The notes: a model not told the origin generated them from the sequence alone. A stretch of 64,000 nt of DNA from Bdellovibrionales bacterium (GCA_965218815.1 CBDCLX010000002.1:693044-757043), one strand, 5' to 3'; positions 40,223 through 50,943 are shown, counted from the stretch's first letter. Made by a program: numbers and translations.

Positions 40223-41699
40223 AAGAATTTTTCTTTTTGGTTCCCTTGTTTTTTTATCTTCCCTGTCCTGTTTTGGAATTGAAAAGAATGAATACGGAAA
40301 AAAATATCTGACCATTTATATGGGAATTCAGCATCAGGAGGTTCTGGCTCATCTGCCTCCAGGCTCTGAATTTCTCGGGGATTTCAGATCCATTGTGGAG
40401 GGGAAACTGGATCGGGAAAGAAACACTCTTGTTTTTGTTCCCAAAAAACCCGGTCTTGCCACTCTGACCATCCATGACCGTAAGGGGAAAAAACTTTTTG
40501 AGTATCGGATTGAAGTTCGCAAATCGGATTTGACCAGAGTGGTCCGGGAAGTCAGAGCCTTACTCAGTGATATTGAAGGCATCACCATTAAAATTGTAAA
40601 CAAGAAAGTTATTATTGACGGCAAAGTTCTTATGCCAAAGGACCTGAATCGTATTTATGGAGTGATGAGGCAGTATAATAAACTTGTTGACTCTCTTGTT
40701 GAAATCAACCCCATTGCCCAAAAGAAGATTGCTGAAATTATTGAAAGGCATATTAACAATCCGGATGTTGAAGTTCGGGCAGTCAATGGCAAATTTATTC
40801 TCAAAGGGGTGGTTAATTCAAAAGCGGAAAAGGATGAGGCCTATGTGATTGCCCAAACATATGTTCCAGTCCCTGTTTTTTCTGAGGCTGAGAAGGCGGA
40901 AGTCATTAAAAAGAAGGCTGATGCCCTTGTTATTAATATGTTGAATGTAAGGGCACCACCTGCCAGACCACCGGCAAAAATAATTCAGTTGGTGGTTCAT
41001 TACGTTCAAATGAGTAAAAGATATTTAAAAAGTTCCTCTTTCAGATGGTCCCCCTCCCTTCAGGACAACATTGCTGTGGGTTTCACAAAGGATACAAGGA
41101 AAAACAACGATGGGATTGTAGCTGAAATTTCGGGGGCCATCACTGGGTTGCTTCCAAAACTCAATGCGGCCAGGGAACATGGTTATGCCCGTATTCTGGA
41201 AAGCACATCTGTGACCACCAAAGATGGTCAATCCGGGGCTGTCAGTTCTGAAACCATGATTCCTTATGCGGTCAGGACTCCGGCAAGTGATGGAACAGGA
41301 GTTATTGTAAGCACCCAATTTCAGCCTGTCGGAATAAATTCCAACATCAAACCCAAAATTATCAACCCCCGATCTGACCTTATTGAGTTGAATATGCAGT
41401 TCACAGTGAGTTCTCTTCTTGGGAACACAGATCAGGGCCCACAGATAGCCAAAAACAGCGTTCAGACCATTGTCAATGTCCGTGGAGGCCAGAGTGCTGC
41501 TGTTGGTGGTCTTATCAGAAACAGTTCAGGAACTGATTATAATCCGGATTCCAATCCTGATGCCCTTTTTAATCTCTATTCCGGGAAAAGTTTTCGTAGT
41601 GATAAAACCCAATTTGTGGTTTTTATCACCCCCTTCATTAAGGCTTCAGCCGGTGCCGGAGCAGAGAAAATCAAGAGAAAATTCAGACTTAGCGAATAA
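40209..41699 (+). CDS. cpaC: Tad secretin with BON domain (CpaC/RcpA)
   Basis: Signal peptide, BON region, GQSAAVGGL...FVVFITP secretin end. Confidence 0.8.
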   Translation: MKGYKRIFLFGSLVFLSSLSCFGIEKNEYGKKYLTIYMGIQHQEVLAHLPPGSEFLGDFRSIVEGKLDRERNTLVFVPKKPGLATLTIHDRKGKKLFEYRIEVRKSDLTRVVREVRALLSDIEGITIKIVNKKVIIDGKVLMPKDLNRIYGVMRQYNKLVDSLVEINPIAQKKIAEIIERHINNPDVEVRAVNGKFILKGVVNSKAEKDEAYVIAQTYVPVPVFSEAEKAEVIKKKADALVINMLNVRAPPARPPAKIIQLVVHYVQMSKRYLKSSSFRWSPSLQDNIAVGFTKDTRKNNDGIVAEISGAITGLLPKLNAAREHGYARILESTSVTTKDGQSGAVSSETMIPYAVRTPASDGTGVIVSTQFQPVGINSNIKPKIINPRSDLIELNMQFTVSSLLGNTDQGPQIAKNSVQTIVNVRGGQSAAVGGLIRNSSGTDYNPDSNPDALFNLYSGKSFRSDKTQFVVFITPFIKASAGAGAEKIKRKFRLSE

Positions 41700-41796
41700 G
41701 GTGTCGTCTTTCATTCACATGGATTTTACCTGAATTAAATTGTAAAAATCTTAATATTTTCTTTTGATTTTTCCGATAAAAGTACAGGAGGTTCTT

Positions 41797-43986
41797 TTGG
41801 TTATCAATCCAAACAGTTCCATTATTTCAGTGATCGGGGGCAAGGGGGGTATTGGTAAAAGTGTTTTTACCGCCAATCTGGCTGTGGCCTCTGCAGTTGA
41901 GTTAAGAACCCCCTGTCTTTTGATTGATCTTGACTCAAAATCCTGTGGCGACCAGAATTTTATTACAGGATTCCAAAAACCCAAGACCATTAACGAGTTA
42001 AATGCTTTTACAGGTACAATCAATCCCCGTAATCTGGGGGCTGTTGTTAATATCCACTCCCAGACTCCACTTCACTATCTTGCTATCATAAAAAATCCTG
42101 GAGAAATTTTTATTCCCAATGTCTCAGTGACCATAAAGCAATTACAGACGCTGAGTAATTTTTATAAATACATCTATGTTGATCTCGGTAACAATATTGA
42201 AGAAATACAATCAAGGGTTCTGGAACTCAGCACACTGATTCTCACTGTGACCACTCCGGAAGTCCTGACGTTAAATCAGACTTTGCGTCTTCATAAGGAA
42301 CTGATGGCTGCCGCCATTCCCCAACAGGTGGTACAACTTGTTATCAACAAATACAGCAAGGTGGGTCTGGATCTTCCCGGTATAGAAAAATCTGTTCGCA
42401 AGAAAATTTTGGGTGTCATTCCACAGGATGATGTCACAGCCATGACAGCTCTGAAACGGGGAACGCCTTTTGTGCTTTCAGCGGGTAAAACCGCAATTTC
42501 GGGAAGTTATCACAATCTGGTAAGAACTCTTTCCGGAGGGCTGCTTCAAAAACTCAAGGCTGTTCAAAAACCCAGTGTTTCTTTTAATCAACCCTCTTCT
42601 GAGTCCAATGCCACTGAAAACAAGGGTATGGATGCCAGAACCCATTTGAAAATAACCATTCACAGAAGACTGATTAAGGATCTTAACCTTAAAAATGATG
42701 ATATTAGCAAAGCCCAGGAAGATCCTGAATTGGGAAAAAAGCTTCGGAGTGATGTGATAGTGGCCATTGGCAGGATTCTTGAACAGGAGTCCAGGGGTTT
42801 AAGCAGTGTGGATCGCAAACAGATTATCAAGGAAGTCCTGGACGAGGCCCTGGGTCTGGGGCCTTTGGAAGATTTGCTGGTTCTTGACAGCATTTCAGAA
42901 ATCATGGTCAATGGTTACAATAAAATATTTATTGAGAAAAACGGGAAAATTCAATTCAGTAAGATTCACTTCACCTCCAATGTTCAGCTTCGCAATGTGA
43001 TAGAGAGAATTGTGGCACCTCTGGGCCGTCGCATTGATGAGAAAACCCCTTATGTTGATGCCCGCCTTCAGGATGGCTCAAGGGTGAATGCCGTCATAGA
43101 ACCCCTTTCCATTGATGGTCCTGCTGTGACCATTCGTAAGTTTCGCAAGGATTCTTTTAGAGTTGACCAGTATTTGGCTTATGGTTCCTGTAACAAACAA
43201 ATGGTTGATTTTTTAAAACTCTGTGTTTCCAATGGTAAAAATGTTATTATTTCAGGGGGAACCGGCTCAGGGAAAACCACTCTCCTCAATTGTCTTTCCT
43301 CCTTTATTCCCGTGACTGAACGGATTATTACTGTTGAGGATGCCGCAGAACTACAATTAAAGCAGGACCATGTTGTGCGTCTTGAAACCCGTCCGGCAAA
43401 TATGGAGGGTACAGGGGCCATCACTATTCGGGATCTGGTGAGAAACTCATTGCGTATGAGACCGGATCGAATTGTTGTGGGAGAGTGCCGTGATGGAGCA
43501 GCCCTTGATATGTTATCAGCCATGAATACTGGTCATGATGGCTCCATGACCACTGTCCACTCCAACAATCCAAGAGAAGCCATTAGTCGTCTTGAAACCC
43601 TGTGTATGATGGCTGGAATGGATCTTCCAGCCAAGGCCATCCGGGAACAGATTGCCGGAGCTGTTGATCTGATTGTGCAGATATCAAGGCTTTCTGATGG
43701 AAGCCGGAAAATCATGAGTATCACCGAAGTTCAGGGAATTCAGGGAGATGCCGTGACTTTACAGGATGTTTTTACTTTTAAAGAGACGGGTTACAACAAG
43801 AATCGCAGGATCGTTGGAAAATTTCTGTCCAAAGGACTTATTCCCAAATTCATACAGGATCTTAAGGAAAGGGGAATCAGTATTCCAAAAGATCTTTTTT
43901 CAAACGAGGTTCCGGACAGCCCGAAGGAAAAAACCTCTTCAAAATCCGGTTTACGACGACTTAAGATGAAAAAAACGGGAGGATAA
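41797..43986 (+). CDS. tadA: CpaE/TadZ-CpaF/TadA fusion ATPase
   Basis: N-terminal deviant P-loop GKGGIGKS; C-terminal GGTGSGKT, LRMRPDRIVVGECR, TGHDG; GGAGG RBS before TTG 41797. Confidence 0.9.
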   Translation: MVINPNSSIISVIGGKGGIGKSVFTANLAVASAVELRTPCLLIDLDSKSCGDQNFITGFQKPKTINELNAFTGTINPRNLGAVVNIHSQTPLHYLAIIKNPGEIFIPNVSVTIKQLQTLSNFYKYIYVDLGNNIEEIQSRVLELSTLILTVTTPEVLTLNQTLRLHKELMAAAIPQQVVQLVINKYSKVGLDLPGIEKSVRKKILGVIPQDDVTAMTALKRGTPFVLSAGKTAISGSYHNLVRTLSGGLLQKLKAVQKPSVSFNQPSSESNATENKGMDARTHLKITIHRRLIKDLNLKNDDISKAQEDPELGKKLRSDVIVAIGRILEQESRGLSSVDRKQIIKEVLDEALGLGPLEDLLVLDSISEIMVNGYNKIFIEKNGKIQFSKIHFTSNVQLRNVIERIVAPLGRRIDEKTPYVDARLQDGSRVNAVIEPLSIDGPAVTIRKFRKDSFRVDQYLAYGSCNKQMVDFLKLCVSNGKNVIISGGTGSGKTTLLNCLSSFIPVTERIITVEDAAELQLKQDHVVRLETRPANMEGTGAITIRDLVRNSLRMRPDRIVVGECRDGAALDMLSAMNTGHDGSMTTVHSNNPREAISRLETLCMMAGMDLPAKAIREQIAGAVDLIVQISRLSDGSRKIMSITEVQGIQGDAVTLQDVFTFKETGYNKNRRIVGKFLSKGLIPKFIQDLKERGISIPKDLFSNEVPDSPKEKTSSKSGLRRLKMKKTGG

Positions 43987-43989
43987 TGG

Positions 43990-44886
43990 ATGAATGAGTT
44001 CATGGAAAACTTCTCTCTTGATATTCCACTGCCCGTTCTTATTTTACTGGTTGCCCTGTGCATTTTTACCATTTCTTATCTTTGGATTGACAGACTTTTT
44101 TCTTTTGTCAACGATCAAAGTCTGGGACAAAGAGATGAGATTTTACGTTATCTTGAATTGATGTTTGTGGAAATGGACAAGAACAAGCTGACCAGACTTC
44201 TTATGTTATTGAGTTTTGGTCTTGGGGGACTCTTTTTTGTTTTTTTCTGGCCAAACATTCTGGCGGGACTTTTTTTTGGTTTCATATTCACTCTTCTCGG
44301 TTGGAATATTCCCAAGCAGGTGGTTAAATATCTTTATGAAAAGCGTTGTGACTGGTTCACTAATCAGATGGTGGATGCCATGACCATTTTATCCAATGGA
44401 GTCCGGGCGGGTTTAAGTGTCACCCAGTCCATGGATCGGGTGGTAAAAAATCTAAAAAATCCCATCAGTCAGGAATTTCGTCTTGTTTTATCCCAAAACC
44501 AGCTGGGACAGAGCATTGAGGATGCCTTGACTGAACTTGGAGAAAGAATTCCAAGACCGGATGTTCAGATGTTTGTCACTTCTGTTAATATTCTCAAGGA
44601 AACAGGTGGAAATATGGCAGAGACCTTTCAGGCCATCACATTCACTATCAGAGAAAGACAGAAGGTGGAAAAAAAGATTGAAGCTCTCACGGCTCAGGGG
44701 ATTTTTCAGGGGATTATTGTCAGTTGTATACCCTTTTTGCTGCTTGCCATGTCCACGGCTATTGATCCGGAATATACAAAACCCTTGTTTTCCACAACCC
44801 TTGGCTGGATTGTTCTTGCTGTGGTTGTTATTCTTCAGATTGTTGGTGGTTTTATGATTAAGAAAATTGTGACAATTAAGGTTTAG
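43990..44886 (+). CDS. tadB: Tad inner-membrane platform protein TadB
   Basis: NGVRAGLS, PISQEF, ETGGNMAE. Confidence 0.88.
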   Translation: MNEFMENFSLDIPLPVLILLVALCIFTISYLWIDRLFSFVNDQSLGQRDEILRYLELMFVEMDKNKLTRLLMLLSFGLGGLFFVFFWPNILAGLFFGFIFTLLGWNIPKQVVKYLYEKRCDWFTNQMVDAMTILSNGVRAGLSVTQSMDRVVKNLKNPISQEFRLVLSQNQLGQSIEDALTELGERIPRPDVQMFVTSVNILKETGGNMAETFQAITFTIRERQKVEKKIEALTAQGIFQGIIVSCIPFLLLAMSTAIDPEYTKPLFSTTLGWIVLAVVVILQIVGGFMIKKIVTIKV

Positions 44887-44897
44887 GACTGTTTTTT

Positions 44898-46595
44898 ATG
44901 AGAGTTTTTTTGATCTGTTTTTTATTTTTTATTTCCCTGAACAGCCAGGCTGTGGTGAATATGCGTAATGGCAGTTATACGGAGTCCTGGGTGGATTTTG
45001 TTGATCCCCAGGACGGTTATGAAATAAAAATTCAGCGTTTCTACAGTTCCCGGTCCCTTTTTGACGGTCTTTTTGGTTATGGCTGGTGTTCAGCCATTGA
45101 GACCCGGCTTGAGATTCTGTCTGATGGAACCCTTGATCTTACTGAATGTGGTGGAGGTTTGAAAGTGACTTATTATCCAGGCAGTTTTGATTTCAGAAGT
45201 CCTGAAAAGACAAGTAATACCATTATCACAAAATTAAAGGCGGGTCATAAAATAAAGGAAAAAGATGCTGGAAAATTCAAAACTGAATTGATGAGCAATA
45301 CGAAAATGAGATTTGAGTATGCCATGCGTCTTGGTTTGTCAAATGCGGGTAAAAAAAACAATGGAAAAAATGTTTTTCAATCCCAGGCAAAGGGAATGGA
45401 GAACATCACATTTGATGGTTATTTTTACCAGAGGAAAAAATTTGACGGAGTGGTGGAAAAATTCAACAGAAAGGGAAGACCCATTAAAATAACCAATGCC
45501 ATGGGGGCTTTTATTAAACTGGAATATAAAGGGAATAAACTTTCCTATCTGACAGACAACAAGGGAAGGCGTTTGAATTTTTCCTACAATCAATCAGGCA
45601 GACTGAAAAGAATTTACAATGGCAGAGGTTATCAGGCCACCTATCAGTTTCAAAGTGATAATTTAATTTCCGTAAAAAATATATGGAGCAAGGTCTATAT
45701 GTATGCCTATGACAATCAGCACAACCTGGTTCGGGTGGAGTTTCCTGACAAAACCAGTATTAAAATGAATTATAATACAGCCAATGACTGGATTAAAAGT
45801 TATACAAATCGTCGAGGCTGTCAGGAACAATATAAATTCATGTTTTCAGAGGATGATCCAAAAAACCACTATTCAGGGAAATACACCCGTAACTGTAAAG
45901 ATGAGAAGAAATATCTTGGTCATCATGAATTCTGGTATAAAAAATACAGTTTTTCCAAGGACAAGTACCTTGACCGTGTGAAGGAAAATCTCAATTCGGA
46001 TATTAAGGATATGTATTTTCATCCCTACCTTGGTCGTCCCCTTTCAGTGAAAGAAAATAAAGTCCATTATCGAACTTACAGTTATTACTTCAATGGCCTT
46101 TTGAACAAGCAGGAATACAGGCAATACGATGAGAGGAATAAAGTCCTCAGCTGGCTGAAGTTTATTTTTAAATACGATACGAAAAACATGCGGATAACCC
46201 AGGCTGAAAAATTTGTTCTCAAAGGGGGACAGGCCCAGAAGAAAAGCAGGATTTTTTTCAGTTATAATCCCAGAGGTTTATTGACAAAAGCCCATAGCCC
46301 CAATGGATCTTTTGTGTCGGTGACTTACAAACCCGGAGGCAGAATTGCCAGTCTGAAAAACCATAACAAGGTGGAACTGAACCTGGACTATGAGGCTGGC
46401 AGAAACAAGCCGGAAAAAATAACCCAAAAGGGCCTTGGACAGGTTTTCATCACTTATAACATTCATGGAGATGTTGAGTCTGTAACCGGTTCCGGTCAAC
46501 GGAATGTGGCCTCATCAGTTATAGACTCCTTTCTTGAAATGCTGGCATTTCTTGGCCCCATGGGAGAGCTTCTGAAACTGGGACCTGATTTGTAA
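44898..46595 (+). CDS. secreted YD/RHS-repeat protein (Bd0109-like)
   Basis: Signal peptide, RFYSSRS...FGYGWCS (DUF6531-like), YD repeats, no DPxG toxin tip; directly after tadB. Confidence 0.75.
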   Translation: MRVFLICFLFFISLNSQAVVNMRNGSYTESWVDFVDPQDGYEIKIQRFYSSRSLFDGLFGYGWCSAIETRLEILSDGTLDLTECGGGLKVTYYPGSFDFRSPEKTSNTIITKLKAGHKIKEKDAGKFKTELMSNTKMRFEYAMRLGLSNAGKKNNGKNVFQSQAKGMENITFDGYFYQRKKFDGVVEKFNRKGRPIKITNAMGAFIKLEYKGNKLSYLTDNKGRRLNFSYNQSGRLKRIYNGRGYQATYQFQSDNLISVKNIWSKVYMYAYDNQHNLVRVEFPDKTSIKMNYNTANDWIKSYTNRRGCQEQYKFMFSEDDPKNHYSGKYTRNCKDEKKYLGHHEFWYKKYSFSKDKYLDRVKENLNSDIKDMYFHPYLGRPLSVKENKVHYRTYSYYFNGLLNKQEYRQYDERNKVLSWLKFIFKYDTKNMRITQAEKFVLKGGQAQKKSRIFFSYNPRGLLTKAHSPNGSFVSVTYKPGGRIASLKNHNKVELNLDYEAGRNKPEKITQKGLGQVFITYNIHGDVESVTGSGQRNVASSVIDSFLEMLAFLGPMGELLKLGPDL

Positions 46596-46789
46596 TTCAG
46601 GGAGTGTCATTGTTGTCCCAACCGCTACCACCCATAACCAAAAGCCGCAACACCCGTTATCTTCACTACAATCTGTCAATGATTCATACCCTGAGAGGAA
46701 CGCAGACTATAGATCAAATCCATAAAAACTCAAACCGGATCAATATAAACTTGATTGTGCCTTGGGTCATGACTAATATCCCATTTCCC

Positions 46790-47383
46790 ATGGCTCTTGA
46801 TTTTCCACCAGAAGCATTTACAAGAAAAACCCTGCAGCAGGCTTTTTCCTGGTTGCAGGACCAACCGGAAGAGGTGCGTGATATGATTCATACCCCGGAG
46901 AGACTGGTGAGCCTCTATCAAAAATCCCGGAGACTGAAGGAGAGGGAAGGTCTGGTGAAGTCTGAAAAATTTATCCATGATTTAAAAAATCTTGTGGGTC
47001 ATGAGAGTGCGGGGAACAATGCATTGGCTGACCAAAAGTTATCATCTGACCGGAAATCCTCAAATGAGAAACCCGGGATGGACTCTCCAACAGAACCCAC
47101 CGGTCAGACTTCTGATCAGGACACTCCAAAGCTGCATCCGGCTTCTTTCAGAGAAAAACCGGTGGGCCTGGACACATCCGGTCACCAAAACACCGGAGTT
47201 GGCTGTGAACCTCATAAAAAACCAACAGACCTGAAATTTTCCAACGGAAAATGGATGGATCTGGACCCCCTCAGTGAAAAACGGGTGAATGAGGTGATGA
47301 AGCGATTCAACCTGGATTCCACATCAGAAGCCCTTCGGATTCTGGTCTCCCTTGGCTTTGAAAAATTCTCCCAATTCCAATAG
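46790..47383 (+). CDS. hypothetical protein
   Basis: PPEAFTRKTLQQAFSWL N-domain, disordered middle, FNLDSTSEALRILVSLG C-domain; TTGATT-N17-TAATAT upstream. Confidence 0.65.
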   Translation: MALDFPPEAFTRKTLQQAFSWLQDQPEEVRDMIHTPERLVSLYQKSRRLKEREGLVKSEKFIHDLKNLVGHESAGNNALADQKLSSDRKSSNEKPGMDSPTEPTGQTSDQDTPKLHPASFREKPVGLDTSGHQNTGVGCEPHKKPTDLKFSNGKWMDLDPLSEKRVNEVMKRFNLDSTSEALRILVSLGFEKFSQFQ

Positions 47384-47486
47384 AATGAAATTGATAGGCT
47401 CATCCGCATTTTTCATGAAGCTTTATGGCGAAGCCACCGAAACACCACTGTGACAGAAGAGTGTACGGACCAAAAGGAGTTTTCAG

Positions 47487-50297
47487 GTGAACGACAATAA
47501 ACAGGCCATAAAGGATTCCATTCATTTACCAAAAACCGATTTTCCAATGAAAGCCAATCTCAGTCAGAGGGAAACGGAAATCATCAAAATCTGGAAAGAG
47601 AATCATATTTATCGGAAAATGGTGGATAAAAATAAGGCTTGCAGCCCCTTTACCATGCTGGATGGCCCCCCCTATGCCAATGGTCATATTCATATAGGTC
47701 ACAGTCTCAACAAATGTCTTAAGGACTTTGTTATCAAATATAAAAATATGGCTGGCTTTTATGCCCCCTACATTCCTGGCTGGGATTGTCATGGGCTTCC
47801 CATAGAACACAAAGTCACAAAGGAACTGGGATCCGGGGCCAAAGACAAATCAAGTCGGGAGTTGCGGCAAATGTGCCGTAAGGAGGCTGGCAAATGGGTG
47901 AATATTCAAAGGGAGGAGTTTATCCGCCTGGGTGTTTTTGGTCAGTGGGAAAACCCCTACTTAACCATGAACTCCGGTTACGAAGCTGAAGAGGTTCGGG
48001 AGTTTGCCCGTCATTATAAAAATGGCGTGATTGTCCGTGGGGAAAAACCGGTTTACTGGTGCGTTCCTTTACAGACCGCTTTGGCGGAAGCTGAAATTGA
48101 GTATCTGGATCATCGCAGTCCTTCCATTTATGTCAGGTTCCCCTATAAACCCCATTCCAGGTTTGGAACTTTTAATAAAGCTGTCCACTGTGTGATCTGG
48201 ACCACAACCCCCTGGACTCTGCCTTCCAATCAGGCCATTGCCCTTAATGAAAATCATGAATACGGTTTCTTTGAAAGTGGGGATGAATGTCTCCTTCTTG
48301 CCAGAAAGGTCAGAGAGAAATTTGAAAAGGAAACAGGTCTTAAACTTAAAGAACCAGGGAAATATTTTTTTGGAAAAGAGTTTGAGTTTGAAAAGGCATG
48401 GCATCCCCTTGCAGACCGCCCCTCCCTTTTGATTCTTGGTGACCATGTTACCCTGGAAACAGGCAGTGGTCTGGTTCATACAGCCCCTGGTCATGGCCAG
48501 GATGATTATCTGGTGGGTTGTCAATACCATCTGCCCATCATGAGTCCTGTGACCCCTGATGGCCGGTTCACCCATGAAGTTCCCAAATACCTGGGACTTG
48601 ATATTTTTGAAGCCAACCCAATGATTATTGATGATCTGAAAAAGTCCGGGCACCTCCTGGCCCACAGAGACATTGTCCACAGTTACCCCCACTGCTGGCG
48701 GACCAAAACCCCTTTGATTTTCAGAACCACAGCCCAGTGGTTTATGAAAATGGATGATGGAAAGTACAACATTCGACAGAAGGCCTTAAAGGCCATCAAT
48801 GACATTCAGTTTGTTCCTGATTGGGGTGTGAAGCGATTAAAGGCCATGATTGAAAACCGTCCTGACTGGTGCATCAGTCGCCAGCGAAACTGGGGAGTGC
48901 CTATACCGGTTCTTTACTGCAAGGCCTGTGATACCCCTTGGCTGGATGAAGAGGTGATGGAGAAAATCGCCAGTGCCATGGAGAAAGGTTCCGGGATAGA
49001 GGCTTATTACGATCTTCCTGTGGAAGAGTTGGTTCTGGATCATGTCTGTAAAAACTGCGGGGCCGGGGATTTCAAAAAAGGTTCGGATATTCTTGATGTC
49101 TGGTTTGATAGTGGTGTCTGCCATGGGGCTGTCCAGAGAAAAAGAGAGGAACTGAACTTTCCGGCAGATCTTTATCTTGAGGGGAGTGATCAGCACAGAG
49201 GGTGGTTTCAGACAAGTCTTCTGACTTCCATTGCCTCCAGTGGACAGAGTCCTTTTAAAGCTTTACTGACTCATAATTTTGTCAATGACAGCAAGGGAAG
49301 AAAGATGTCAAAGAGTCTTGGGAATGTGGTGGATCCTGCAGACCTTATTAAAAGATCAGGAGCTGAACTCCTGCGACTTTGGACAGCTTCTCAGGATTAT
49401 GGTCAGGATATGAACTACAGTCAGGAGGGTTTTCAAAGGGTGACAGAGACCTATCGCCGGTTGCGTAACATCCTGCGGTTTCTCCTTGGCAATCTGCACG
49501 ATTTTGATTTTAAAAAAGATAAAATTTCCTGCGGGCAAATGCCTCCCCTGGATCAGTGGATTCTGGATCGTTTTTGTCAGTTCATGGAAAAAGTAACAGA
49601 GCATTATGACCGCTTTGAATTTTGTAAAGTTTATCATTGTCTCAATCAGTTTTTCACTATTGATTTGTCCAATCATTATCTTGATATGGTTAAGGACCGG
49701 CTTTACACATGGAAGTCTGATGGGTATCCAAGAAGATCCTGCCAGACAGTGATTTACCTTCTGGCTGAAAATCTCATAAAGGTTATGGCTCCCATCCTCT
49801 CTTTTTTAAGTGAAGAGGCCTACAGTCATTTCCCTGGAAAAACCAGAAACAGTGTGTTTATGGAGGATTTTCCAAAAGCAGACCCCTCCTGGAAAAATGA
49901 ACAGATACGGAGCTTGTTTGTCACTCTTTTTGAAGTCCGGTCACTGGTTTCAAAAAAACTGGAGGAACAGAGGGCTGCCAAAAACATGGGTTCAAGCCTT
50001 GAGGCCGGTGTCAGACTGGAATTGTCTGAAGAGACAGTGAAGGTTTTTGAAAAACTTTCCAAAGGTCAGCTCAGGGAGTTTTTTATTGTGTCAGAATTAA
50101 CTCTGGGTGACAAACCCCCTTTGTCCCCGACTTCACAGAAAGAAAACAACACTGAAAATCCAGACAGGTTCGATATCAATATTCAGGTGCAAAAGGCATC
50201 TGGCGAAAAGTGTCCCCGCTGCTGGAATTATGATACTCTTGTGGAAACCCGGGTTTATGGACGGGTTTGTGAAAAATGCAATGAGGCTTTGAAATGA
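47487..50297 (+). CDS. ileS: isoleucine-tRNA ligase
   Basis: DGPPYANGHIHIGH, KMSKS, C-terminal CPRCW zinc finger. Confidence 0.98.
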   Translation: MNDNKQAIKDSIHLPKTDFPMKANLSQRETEIIKIWKENHIYRKMVDKNKACSPFTMLDGPPYANGHIHIGHSLNKCLKDFVIKYKNMAGFYAPYIPGWDCHGLPIEHKVTKELGSGAKDKSSRELRQMCRKEAGKWVNIQREEFIRLGVFGQWENPYLTMNSGYEAEEVREFARHYKNGVIVRGEKPVYWCVPLQTALAEAEIEYLDHRSPSIYVRFPYKPHSRFGTFNKAVHCVIWTTTPWTLPSNQAIALNENHEYGFFESGDECLLLARKVREKFEKETGLKLKEPGKYFFGKEFEFEKAWHPLADRPSLLILGDHVTLETGSGLVHTAPGHGQDDYLVGCQYHLPIMSPVTPDGRFTHEVPKYLGLDIFEANPMIIDDLKKSGHLLAHRDIVHSYPHCWRTKTPLIFRTTAQWFMKMDDGKYNIRQKALKAINDIQFVPDWGVKRLKAMIENRPDWCISRQRNWGVPIPVLYCKACDTPWLDEEVMEKIASAMEKGSGIEAYYDLPVEELVLDHVCKNCGAGDFKKGSDILDVWFDSGVCHGAVQRKREELNFPADLYLEGSDQHRGWFQTSLLTSIASSGQSPFKALLTHNFVNDSKGRKMSKSLGNVVDPADLIKRSGAELLRLWTASQDYGQDMNYSQEGFQRVTETYRRLRNILRFLLGNLHDFDFKKDKISCGQMPPLDQWILDRFCQFMEKVTEHYDRFEFCKVYHCLNQFFTIDLSNHYLDMVKDRLYTWKSDGYPRRSCQTVIYLLAENLIKVMAPILSFLSEEAYSHFPGKTRNSVFMEDFPKADPSWKNEQIRSLFVTLFEVRSLVSKKLEEQRAAKNMGSSLEAGVRLELSEETVKVFEKLSKGQLREFFIVSELTLGDKPPLSPTSQKENNTENPDRFDINIQVQKASGEKCPRCWNYDTLVETRVYGRVCEKCNEALK

Positions 50298-50806
50298 AAA
50301 GAAAATCACTTTATCTCTTTGGAACAGGTGTGATTATTGTCCTTCTGGATCAGTTCACCAAAGGTTCCGTTTTAAGGAATTTTGAAGAAGGTCAGACCCT
50401 TGAAGTGATTCAAAACTATTTTAATATCACCTATGTTCGCAATTACGGGGCGGCTTTTGGACTGTTCAGCAAAATCCAGTCCGACATTCGCAGTGCTTTT
50501 TTTCTTGTCATACCCCCCATTGCCATGATTGTGATTCTGTTTATGTTAAAGACAGTCACTCAGGAGGAAAAAATAAAAATCCTTGCTTTGTGTTCTGTAT
50601 TTGCCGGAGCTGTTGGCAATTACATTGATCGGCTTCGCTTTGGCTATGTGGTGGACTTTCTGGATTTTCACTACCATAAAGAGTGGGTCTGGCCAGCCTT
50701 TAATGTGGCGGATATGTCCATTGTCTGTGGTATTTCTATTCTCATCTTTATTGAACTTTTTCCTCCATCCACAGGGTTTTCTGATGACACCACTTCCCAC
50801 TCTTGA
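50294..50806 (+). CDS. lspA: lipoprotein signal peptidase
   Basis: NYGAAFG, GNYIDR, VVDF, FNVAD. Confidence 0.96.
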   Translation: MKRKSLYLFGTGVIIVLLDQFTKGSVLRNFEEGQTLEVIQNYFNITYVRNYGAAFGLFSKIQSDIRSAFFLVIPPIAMIVILFMLKTVTQEEKIKILALCSVFAGAVGNYIDRLRFGYVVDFLDFHYHKEWVWPAFNVADMSIVCGISILIFIELFPPSTGFSDDTTSHS

Positions 50807-50943
50807 GGGTATTTTTTTCAATAATCCGCACTATTTTTATTGACAGACCAAACAACACAGATTAACTGTCTCAAATTACTGGAATACAGTCTGAGTGAAG
50901 GGATAATCCACAATCGTACAAAATTCAAACAAAGGGGAGGAAC

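Noticed and set aside
46615-46665. AAC/CGC-rich stretch considered as the DGR template repeat
   Set aside because: It does not align with the variable region at 53461-53610
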